64,000 nucleotides of DNA, from assembly GCA_965240335.1 (NCBI GenBank), contig CBDEKM010000008.1:311072-375071 (forward strand), read 5' to 3'. How positions within the stretch are numbered: the first letter of the stretch is position 1; each line of letters begins with the position of its first letter. Under the pieces are notes generated by a model. It did no database searches and had not been told where the DNA came from. It worked only from the letters and a program-made list of their open reading frames with translations. Of this stretch, positions 19,352 to 27,505 are shown piece after piece. The DNA is from a bacterium (GTDB taxonomy: Bacteria > JAAXHH01). Made by a program: the position numbers and the translations under genes.

Positions 19352-20256
19352 CGGTCGACACACCAGTGACCAACATCGAAACACCTGTAATCAAGCTGAT
19401 CGCCTTCGACCAGGACGACACGGCCCTGCTGCCAGACGGGAAACCCTCTCAAGAGGGGCTGCGCGCCATAGAAGCCGCACTGGACCGCGGGTTGATCGTG
19501 AGCTCAGTGAGCGGCCGGAACATCGACCGCAGCATCGAACCCTTCAGCAATGAACGCCCGCTGTTCGACCGGCTCTATCTGATTGCCAACAACGGTGGAA
19601 TCATACTCGGGCCGGTACACCAGGGTCAAAGGCCCTTGTTGTTCGAGAAGCGCATGCAGCGGAGCACTTTCCTGGACCTGCTTGATTTCATCGATGAGAA
19701 CGGTTTCAACTTCGTTTACAGCTGGCTGCGCGTAACGGAGACCGGCCCCCTGGACAGCGTGATCGCCAATCGGCATACCCCGTCTATTGCATCCATTGAG
19801 GAGCAGAGCCGCGCCGCCGTCGACTGTGACGACGACCTCCTGGCGAAACTGAGACAGGGCGACTACCCACCGCCGCCCAAGATGCTGATTCTGCCAGGTC
19901 TGGAAAGGCGGGAAGCGGTCCTGGCGGAACTGAAAGCCCGTTTCGATTCGCGCCTTTATCTCGTCAAAACGAACCCGGATCGCATCGAAGCCATGCATGC
20001 CGACGTCAATAAGAAAGTCGCCGTCGAGTTCATCGCCCGCGAACACGGGATATCCATGGATCACGTGATGGCGGTCGGGGACGGCGACAACGATCTGCCC
20101 ATGCTCTTCAACGCGGGCCTCGGCGTGATCATGGAAAACGCCCAGGACGCCGTCAAGGAGGCGGGCAGGGCGCAGGGCCTGGTCATTGCCCCGCCGAACC
20201 ACGAGAACGGCTTTGCCTGGGCGATTCGTCGATACGCGCTCAACGACGGCCATTGA
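19348..20256 (+). CDS. HAD-IIB (Cof-like) sugar-phosphate phosphatase
   Basis: 302 aa. Motif I FDQDDT, motif IV GDGDNDLPM. Start overlaps the stop of the kinase-SIS gene by 4 nt. Confidence 0.75.
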   Translation: MTVDTPVTNIETPVIKLIAFDQDDTALLPDGKPSQEGLRAIEAALDRGLIVSSVSGRNIDRSIEPFSNERPLFDRLYLIANNGGIILGPVHQGQRPLLFEKRMQRSTFLDLLDFIDENGFNFVYSWLRVTETGPLDSVIANRHTPSIASIEEQSRAAVDCDDDLLAKLRQGDYPPPPKMLILPGLERREAVLAELKARFDSRLYLVKTNPDRIEAMHADVNKKVAVEFIAREHGISMDHVMAVGDGDNDLPMLFNAGLGVIMENAQDAVKEAGRAQGLVIAPPNHENGFAWAIRRYALNDGH

Positions 20257-22130
20257 ACGGTTTTCCCCTCATGAGCCCATCCCTCCTCGATCATCTCCGG
20301 TCTTCCATGCTGGTGGCGGATGGCGCCATCGGAACCATGCTGTACGCCCGCGGTGTGCCGATGGAAGTCTGCTTCGACGAGATCAATCAAAGCCAGCCCG
20401 ACCTGGTCCGCCGGATCCACGAGGATTACGTGGACGCGGGCGCCGGGTTGATTGAAACAAATACCTTTGGCGCCAATGCCCTGTCGCTGTCCAAGTACAA
20501 CCTGGAGTTACAGACGGAAGTGTTGAACGCCCGGGGTGTCGAGATCGCACGGCAGGCGGCGGGGTCCCGGGCTTTCGTGGCGGGTGCCGTGGGGCCGGCG
20601 CGCGGTCTCCCCCAACAGGAATATACCGATACCGACTACGCGCGGGCCTATCGGGAGCAGATCACGGCCCTGGCAAATGGCGGGACGGACGCGGTTATCA
20701 TGGAGACTTTTCTCAGGCTCGATGAGCTCAAAGGGGCGCTGGAGATCTGCAAGGAAGTCTGCGACCTGCCGGTGATCTGTCAACTCGCGGTGGACCAGTA
20801 CGGCCAGACCGACGACGGGTTCGGAGTAGCGGAGGCTTTCGTTCAACTACGAGCGGGTGGCGCCGATGTAGTAGGGGTCAACTGCCGAAGCGGTCCCAAG
20901 GGCCTGCTGGACGCACTCGCTCCTGTCCCCCTTGCCGAAGGGCTGATGCTCTCCGCCTTCCCAAACGCCGGTTCCCCCGTCTACGTGGACGGGCGCTTCA
21001 TCTACGAGGCGACACCGGAGTACTTCGCAACGAGCGCCCTGCGTCTGAGGGACCAGGGCGTGCGGCTGATCGGTGGATGCTGTGGGACGATGCCTGAGCA
21101 CGTTCGGGCCATGGCCCGGGTGCTCGAAGGCAGTGAAATCGTAACGCGCAAGAAGGTCGTCCCGGTAGAAGTCCGGGTCGCGCCACGACCGGCCCGGCTG
21201 GTTCCCTCGCCTCCGGCGGTCGAACCGACGATCGTGGATCTGGTCAAAAAACGGGTGACTGTCATCGTCGAACTCGATCCGCCGCGGGACCTGGATCACG
21301 AACCCATCGTTCGTGGCGCCAGGGCCCTGAAGTCGGCGGGCGCCGACGCCCTTACCATGGCCGACAACTCCCTGGCCGTAACGCGGATCAGCAACATGGC
21401 CGTGGGGCAGATCGTCAAGGAGCAGGCCGGTATTCGCCCGCTGTTGCACATCGCCTGCCGGGACCGGAATCTGGCAAGCCTGCAGTCCCAGGTGCTCGGC
21501 ATGCACGCACTGGGCATCGATCACGTCCTCGCCGTCACGGGCGATCCCGTGAAATTCGGCGATCAGCCGGGGGCGAGCAACGTTTACGACGTTTCATCAT
21601 TCGAATTGATCCGGTTGATCAAGCAGATGAACGAGGGGGTGGGTTTTTCGGGTCGACCCCTGAACGGAAACACCGGTTTTATCGTCGCGGCGGCGTTCGA
21701 TCCCAACGGACCCAACCTGGAAAGAAGGATCAGGAGACTGGAAAGGAAGGTCGAGGCTGGCGCCGACATGATTATGACGCAGCCCCTCTTCGACCGCAGG
21801 CAGGCCAAAGAACTCTTCACGGCGACCCGGGATTCCGGCGTTCCCATATTTCCGGGCGTCATGCCCCTGGTCAGCGACGGCAACACGGAGTTCCTTCACA
21901 ACGAGGTGCCCGGATTCGTAGTTACCGACGAAGTTCGTGCACGCATGGCCCGGGCAGGCCGTGGACGAAAAGCCCGGAAAGAGGGCATCGCGATCGCGCG
22001 GGAGATCATCGAATCTGTCCTGACGTACTTCAACGGCCTCTACCTGATCACACCGTTCAACCGTTATCCCATGACGGTTGAACTGACGGAGTTTGCCCTG
22101 AAGACGACGTCTCGCGAGGAGACTGGATAG
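20253..22130 (+). CDS. Bifunctional homocysteine S-methyltransferase / 5,10-methylenetetrahydrofolate reductase
   Basis: 625 aa. N-terminal Hcy-MT (zinc site GGCCGT). C-terminal MetF-like TIM barrel (VELDPPR...HIACRDRN...MTQPLFD). A later ATG at 20271 is an alternative start. Confidence 0.8.
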   Translation: MNGFPLMSPSLLDHLRSSMLVADGAIGTMLYARGVPMEVCFDEINQSQPDLVRRIHEDYVDAGAGLIETNTFGANALSLSKYNLELQTEVLNARGVEIARQAAGSRAFVAGAVGPARGLPQQEYTDTDYARAYREQITALANGGTDAVIMETFLRLDELKGALEICKEVCDLPVICQLAVDQYGQTDDGFGVAEAFVQLRAGGADVVGVNCRSGPKGLLDALAPVPLAEGLMLSAFPNAGSPVYVDGRFIYEATPEYFATSALRLRDQGVRLIGGCCGTMPEHVRAMARVLEGSEIVTRKKVVPVEVRVAPRPARLVPSPPAVEPTIVDLVKKRVTVIVELDPPRDLDHEPIVRGARALKSAGADALTMADNSLAVTRISNMAVGQIVKEQAGIRPLLHIACRDRNLASLQSQVLGMHALGIDHVLAVTGDPVKFGDQPGASNVYDVSSFELIRLIKQMNEGVGFSGRPLNGNTGFIVAAAFDPNGPNLERRIRRLERKVEAGADMIMTQPLFDRRQAKELFTATRDSGVPIFPGVMPLVSDGNTEFLHNEVPGFVVTDEVRARMARAGRGRKARKEGIAIAREIIESVLTYFNGLYLITPFNRYPMTVELTEFALKTTSREETG

Positions 22131-22172
22131 ATTCTGTTCTCGCTCCGGATCTACCGAGCAAGAACGATCCAG

Positions 22173-22670
22173 CTATCCAGCATATAGCAGGCTTGCGATG
22201 ATCGAGCCGGCAATCACGAGCATCATTATCATCAGTTTGTTGGCCGCCGATGTCACGCTTTGCGCTATTTTAAGATCCTGTGAGGATATCTTTTCTTCAA
22301 GGAGATCGAATCGGCCTTCGTTCCCGGTAACCCATACCACCATATCTTTTTTTAAGGCCATGAATCTGCCTTCGAACTTGGCGTCCAGCGTCGCGATCTT
22401 TTCTACGACAGCCTCGAATCGTCTATCGTTCCTGGCATCCAGCGTCGCGATCTTTTCTCCCATGGCCGTTATCTTTTCTTCGACAGCTTCGAATCGGCTG
22501 TCGTTCCTGGCATCCAGCGTCGCGATCTTTTCTCCCATGGCCGTTATCTTTTCCTCGACAGCCTCGAATCTTACACCTAGCACGTCCTCCAGTGAATGAA
22601 AGGCGGAGTTCACGTCTGCCACCGTTGCATAGACCTCGCTGGGCGATTCCTTAACCTTGCTCTCTTCCAT
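22173..22670 (-). CDS. Tail-anchored coiled-coil repeat protein (C-terminal TM), unknown function
   Basis: 165 aa. Contains an exact tandem duplication RFEAVEEKITAMGEKIATLDARND x2 plus degenerate copies. C-terminal LMIMMLVIAGSIIASLLYAG. Lower GC than flanks. Confidence 0.5.
   Translation of the reverse strand: MEESKVKESPSEVYATVADVNSAFHSLEDVLGVRFEAVEEKITAMGEKIATLDARNDSRFEAVEEKITAMGEKIATLDARNDRRFEAVVEKIATLDAKFEGRFMALKKDMVVWVTGNEGRFDLLEEKISSQDLKIAQSVTSAANKLMIMMLVIAGSIIASLLYAG
22380..22580 (-). repeat. 72-bp near-perfect tandem duplication (about 2.7 units) inside the tail-anchored repeat gene
   Basis: Plus-strand units beginning GGCATCCAGCGTCGCGATCTTTTCTCCCATGGCCGTTATCTTTTC... at about 22434 and 22509, preceded by a shorter degenerate copy. 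Confidence 0.7.
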
Positions 22671-22761
22671 GATTTCCTCCGGGGATTCCAGTGGACTGGC
22701 TTCTATTCTTCTATATCAGTCGGAGAACGTCACAAGTTCTCGAAACAGAAATCCGTTGTGA

Positions 22762-24702
22762 TCAGGAAACCGGGCGGTTCCGGTAGTACAGGTAGGATAC
22801 GGCGATGAGGATGGCGCTCAGCCCCAGGAATGCGATGATCCGGTACAGCGTGTCCAGGAACATGAGGTCGAAGACGAACACCTTTACCACGGTGCAACCC
22901 AGGTAGACGATGGCCGCGGCACGTAGCGCACGGGTGTCCAGCACCCTTCCCATGATCATGACGAAGGACGCACCGATCAGCCACACACCGGAGACAGCCA
23001 GTTGCCGGAGGTTTTCCAGCTGTTCCGGCGAACCTTCTTCAAGCGTGATAATCCGGTATTTGAAATATGTCAGGACTTCCACCGTACCCCAGGCCAGGAG
23101 GAGAAACGTCCAGGCGACGTGAAATACTATTCCCAGCACGTGGTCGCCCTTCGATTCAGTATGGCCCCGCATCAAACCGGTACAGGCAAGCATCAAGCCA
23201 CCCACGACCCAGTAAGCGCCGGTTCGCAACGACAGGAACGGTACGTAAGCGGAAACGAGGTTGGAAATGATGTATCCACCAAAGAGAAAGATCCCAACGA
23301 ACGAAAGCGCGAAAAGGGCTGTTCCCGCGTGACGGACGGCACGACGGCCGTAATGCACGCCAAATCCGAAGAGGGCGAAGGCTTCAAGCGCCCAGATGAT
23401 CATGATTTCGTAGCTGGTGTAGAAGCTCGGGGGTGCGAGCACAGCCAGTATTACGGCCACCGTCGCGCAGCTTGCGGCCGCGGTTCGATCATCTGTTCGC
23501 CGCACGATCCACGCCGTAAGTGCGATGTACACCAGTGAAAGGACCACTGCAACGACGCCCGCGGAGTAGGCCTCGGCGTTCTGCAGGTTAATATCCTGGA
23601 TTCCGAAGAAGTTCCATATGTCTTCCGTGTACCGGGTAAGACGCATGAGCATGGTGTAGAAACCAATGACGTTTACCGATACGGCCATCCACCGCCACCA
23701 GCGGTTTCCCTGGTCGCCCGTAGCGGAACGGTAGAGGTTCATCCCGACGAAAAGCGCCCACCACAGGGTCAGAAAGAACAGGGCGGTTCCGAATCCTTCG
23801 GGCAGGTCGGCCCGGAAGGACCAAAACAGGTACGTAGTAAAGGTTGCCGCGATGGCCAGCGGTTCCAGTATTCTCCATTGACGCCGTTTCAGCAGGATGG
23901 CGATCAGGCCGGCGTCGAGCAGCGTGATATAAACGAAGAGCCCGATGGTGTTCAGTTCGGCCGTGACGAGCAGGAGGGGGGTGAGGAATCCGCCTGCCCA
24001 TCCGAGCAGGGCAATGGCCCGGGCGTCATAGTGCAGGGAAAGCAGGAAGACCGCGGCGGTCACCACGGCCATAAGGAAGAAGGCGGCTGGCTGTGGAACG
24101 AGATGGTAGAAGTCGTATGCGGCGTAAATCGTAAGGTACAGGATCGCCACGCCCGCGCCGGTCAGCCCCTGGGAGAAAATGGCCAGGTTTCTCTGGTGGA
24201 AACGATACCCGCCGGCGATCAGCAGCAGTCCGGCCGCTCCGCCCATGAGCACGCGCGCCGTTTCGTTGAGCCAGTCGTTGTCGAAGGCGTATTTCAGGAA
24301 GAATCCCACGCCGAGTATGAGGGCGAGGGCGCCCACCCGGTTGAGCAGCTTGCCGCCGATCAGGATTTCCCATTCTTCCCGGGTTCGGGGCCGCAGCACC
24401 CTGGAAATGCCGGTCGGCCGCGGCTGCGAGACGCGTTCCGCCTGGATGGGGACACCTTCAGTCTGCGCTGGAGTCGTTGAAGTGGCAGCAGGCACGTCTT
24501 CCTGCGAAGTCCCGGTTTCTGATTGATCGGCCTCGCTGATTCGCGGTTTCCCCGAGATCGAAGCATCCGTCTCCAAGTCCTGGCTTTCCCGGTGCCAGCG
24601 CCTGACGGCCTCTTCCAGATTCCTGACGCGTCCTGAAAGCGACAGGTACGTCCCGATGAGGAAGAGGAGCAGCAGGATATTGAGGACGATCAGCATTTCC
24701 AT
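22762..24702 (-). CDS. DUF2339-like polytopic membrane protein
   Basis: Start set to MEMLIVLNILLLLF (ATG 24700-24702). About 20 predicted TM segments after a polar N-terminal linker. The ORF-track upstream extension is not protein-like. Confidence 0.55.
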   Translation of the reverse strand: MEMLIVLNILLLLFLIGTYLSLSGRVRNLEEAVRRWHRESQDLETDASISGKPRISEADQSETGTSQEDVPAATSTTPAQTEGVPIQAERVSQPRPTGISRVLRPRTREEWEILIGGKLLNRVGALALILGVGFFLKYAFDNDWLNETARVLMGGAAGLLLIAGGYRFHQRNLAIFSQGLTGAGVAILYLTIYAAYDFYHLVPQPAAFFLMAVVTAAVFLLSLHYDARAIALLGWAGGFLTPLLLVTAELNTIGLFVYITLLDAGLIAILLKRRQWRILEPLAIAATFTTYLFWSFRADLPEGFGTALFFLTLWWALFVGMNLYRSATGDQGNRWWRWMAVSVNVIGFYTMLMRLTRYTEDIWNFFGIQDINLQNAEAYSAGVVAVVLSLVYIALTAWIVRRTDDRTAAASCATVAVILAVLAPPSFYTSYEIMIIWALEAFALFGFGVHYGRRAVRHAGTALFALSFVGIFLFGGYIISNLVSAYVPFLSLRTGAYWVVGGLMLACTGLMRGHTESKGDHVLGIVFHVAWTFLLLAWGTVEVLTYFKYRIITLEEGSPEQLENLRQLAVSGVWLIGASFVMIMGRVLDTRALRAAAIVYLGCTVVKVFVFDLMFLDTLYRIIAFLGLSAILIAVSYLYYRNRPVS

Positions 24703-24840
24703 GGTATCGCATACTAAGCACGCTATGGGGTATGTGTCAAGTTCGTCCCACAGGCAGTTCCTTTTGTACACGCCGCGACAGGTTCGCTGCCAGTGCTGCG
24801 CCAGGTTCGCAGGCAACGCGCAGGACCACGGTTGGCATCG

Positions 24841-24869
24841 TTGACACGACCAGGGCAGCCGCCTATATT
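24841..24869 (+). promoter_or_regulatory. Near-consensus sigma70 promoter TTGACA-17-TATATT
   Basis: TTGACA at 24841-24846, 17-nt spacer, TATATT at 24864-24869. Lies 49 nt upstream of the oxidoreductase start. Confidence 0.45.
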
Positions 24870-24917
24870 CCGTTATTCGATTTACCAATCCAAACCGAAT
24901 ACAGGGAGGAGTACTTG

Positions 24918-26006
24918 ATGTCCACGGTCTATCGTGTCGGCATTATTGGCTGCGGCAGCATCTCGAATCTACACATGCAGGGATACCTCGGCGAACCCCG
25001 GTTCAAGGTCGTCGCGCTTGCGGACCCGGTGCCCGGAGCCAGGCAGGATTTCGGCGATCGCTACGGGATCGAAAATCGCTACGCCGACGTCCGCGAGATG
25101 ATGGACGAGGAGCACCTGGACGTTGTCAGCATCTGTACCTGGCACAAGCTGCACGCCCCCATGACCATCGCCGCCTGTGCACGCCGCCCGAAGGCCATCC
25201 TCTGCGAAAAGCCCATGGCCATCAACATGGGCGAATGTGACGAGATGATGATCGCCGCCCGGCGGAATGACGTCAAACTTGCCATCGCTCACCAGCGGCG
25301 GTTCAACCCGGTGTGGACCGACGCCCGAAACCTGATCGCGGAAGGGGCGATCGGCGCGGTGCGCCACGTGACGTGCAGCGGGAGCCAGGGCTTGCTCAAC
25401 GACTGTTCCCACATGTTCGATTTCATGCGTTACGTCCTGGGTGACCCGGCGCCCGAGTGGGTAATCGGGAACATTGAACGTAAGACGGACCGATACGAGC
25501 GGGACATCCGGATCGAGGACCGCAGCGCGGGCATCGTCGGATTCGACAACGGCGCCGTGGGCATGCTCCTCCAGGAGCTGCATCCCGAGCGTCGCCAGGG
25601 CGGGTACGTTTACGGTACGGACGGCATGATGGACATAAACGAGCAGCGGGTACTCCTCATCAACTCGAAAACCGGAGGATGGGAAGAGCGGCCGTCCACG
25701 GGCGAGGACCCGAGCGTGGGCCAGGCCGTGGAATTGGCGGACTGGATTGAAGGCAAGTCCGGCCACCGCGGCGAGGCCTCCAACGGCCGGGCCGCCGTGG
25801 AGATCATCATGGGAATCTACGAGTCGGCGCGGCTCCACGAAGTCGTGCAGATGCCCGTACGTACCCACAGTTCTCCCATCGAAGAAATGATCGAAAGCGG
25901 CGACCTGCCCGTGGAACGCCCCGGCCGTTACGATATCCGGGCTTTCCTGCTGCGCGGAGAGTCCATGCAGGGTGAAATGCCAGGCGAAACAGATGAAGAA
26001 GGCTGA
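24918..26006 (+). CDS. Gfo/Idh/MocA family NAD(P)-dependent oxidoreductase
   Basis: Start at ATG 24918 with AGGGAGGAG SD. GIIGCGSISNLH Rossmann motif, EKP motif (LCEKPMA). Confidence 0.8.
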   Translation: MSTVYRVGIIGCGSISNLHMQGYLGEPRFKVVALADPVPGARQDFGDRYGIENRYADVREMMDEEHLDVVSICTWHKLHAPMTIAACARRPKAILCEKPMAINMGECDEMMIAARRNDVKLAIAHQRRFNPVWTDARNLIAEGAIGAVRHVTCSGSQGLLNDCSHMFDFMRYVLGDPAPEWVIGNIERKTDRYERDIRIEDRSAGIVGFDNGAVGMLLQELHPERRQGGYVYGTDGMMDINEQRVLLINSKTGGWEERPSTGEDPSVGQAVELADWIEGKSGHRGEASNGRAAVEIIMGIYESARLHEVVQMPVRTHSSPIEEMIESGDLPVERPGRYDIRAFLLRGESMQGEMPGETDEEG

Positions 26007-27027
26007 CCGCGCGGAAATCGGCCGGACGGGGTTGAAGATCAGTCGCCTGGGACTCGGCGGAGCCCCGTTGGCCGGCCTGTACCGGGGCGTTTCCGACGAG
26101 CAGTCCGCCCAGGTCGTAAATACCTATCTCGATCACGGCCTGGGCTTCTTCGACACGGCACCACTTTATGGCAGCGGCGTGAGCGAGACCCGTCTGGGCG
26201 CCGTACTGTCAGGGCACAGTCGCGACCGCGGAATCGACCTTGACAGCGACCTTGACCGCGGCATTGACCGCGATTCCTTCGTGCTCGCTACGTAGGTTGG
26301 CCGCCTCCTGGTGCCCGATCCGGCACGAGACCAGGACGTCTGGTCCGAAGATCTCCCACCCATCGGGCCGGTTTTCGACTACAGCTACGACGGCACGCTG
26401 CGATCCCTGGAGGAAAGTCTCGCGCGTCTGGGCCTGGATCGCGTGGATATCCTGCACATCCACGATCCGGACAACCACTACGACGAGGCGATGAAGGGCA
26501 GTTACAGGGCCCTGGTCCGACTTCGCGACGAAGGCGTGATCCGCGCCGTGGGCGCCGGTATGAACCAGGCGAAGATGCTCTCCCGTTTCGCCCAAGAGGG
26601 CGATTTTGATTGCTTCCTGTGTGCGGGCCGTTACACCCTGGTGGACCATAATGCATTAAAACAACTACTGCCCCTTTGCGTCGAACGAAATATCAGCCTC
26701 ATCATCGGCGGTCCCTACAACAGCGGCATCCTGGCCCAGGGCGCTGTGGAAGGCGCGAAATTCGATTACCGGAAGGCGCCGTCGCAGATCGTGGAAAAAG
26801 TTCGCCAAATTGAAGCGGTATGCGGCCGCCACGGCACGCCCCTCAAGGCAGCGGCGCTGCAGTTTCCCCTGGCCCATCCCGCGGTGGCCGCCGTCATTCC
26901 TGGCGCCCGTTCCTCGGAGGAAGTGAACGAAAACGTAAAGATGTTCGAGTTCGTGATTCCCGCGGACTTCTGGGCCGAACTGCGGGAGGAGGGACTGGTT
27001 CCCGACAAGGCGCCGACGCCGGCGTGA
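25993..27027 (+). pseudogene. Aldo/keto reductase gene interrupted by an in-frame TAG exactly at the catalytic-lysine codon, preceded by a 42-nt in-frame insertion of imperfect tandem repeats
   Basis: Same reading frame before and after the stop. ...SGHSRD[RGIDLDSDLDRGID]RDSFVLAT* (TAG 26293-26295) VGRLLVPD... The canonical AKR motif is RDxxVIATK. Downstream part carries IPGARS and the rest of the fold. Confidence 0.6.
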
Positions 27028-27127
27028 CGGGTCGCGGCTGGCGCTGAAGGTCGTCCCATTCCGGAAGCCGGGGCCGTCTCCTGCGGTCGCCCGCATCTCA
27101 ACAGCAATACTCGCAAGGAGTCCACAT

Positions 27128-27460
27128 ATGAGCAACCCCCAACGCTACGGCATGGTCCTGAAGGTCAAGCCGGAACGGCTCGAGGAATACAAGGAATACC
27201 ACAAGGAAATCTGGCCTGGCGTGGCAAAAATGATCACGGAGTGCAACATCACGAATTACTCCATCTACCTGAAGGACGGTTACCTCTTTTCCTATTTTGA
27301 ATACGTCGGTGATGACTTCAAGGCGGACATGGACAAAATGGCCGGCGATCCGGTCACACAGCAATGGTGGGACGTGATGATGCCCATGCAGGATCCCCTA
27401 CCGACCCGGAAAGAGGGCGAGTGGTGGGCGGAGATGGAGGAAGTCTTCCACCAGGATTGA
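27128..27460 (+). CDS. rhaM: L-rhamnose mutarotase
   Basis: 110 aa. MVLKVKPERLEEYKEYHKEIWPGV...YSIYLKDGYLFSYFEY, characteristic of RhaM. Confidence 0.8.
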   Translation: MSNPQRYGMVLKVKPERLEEYKEYHKEIWPGVAKMITECNITNYSIYLKDGYLFSYFEYVGDDFKADMDKMAGDPVTQQWWDVMMPMQDPLPTRKEGEWWAEMEEVFHQD

Positions 27461-27505
27461 GCATTGAGCCACGATAAGGATTCTACGCGACCAGGACTCC
27501 ACAAT

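Noticed and set aside
26293-26295. TAG as pyrrolysine, or TGA (34602, 60058) as selenocysteine.
   Set aside because: No pyl genes are present. No SECIS-like stem-loop was seen after the TGAs. TGA is used as a normal terminator by many genes here. The SelA-like gene at 61437 carries a Tat signal and is not a canonical selenocysteine synthase.
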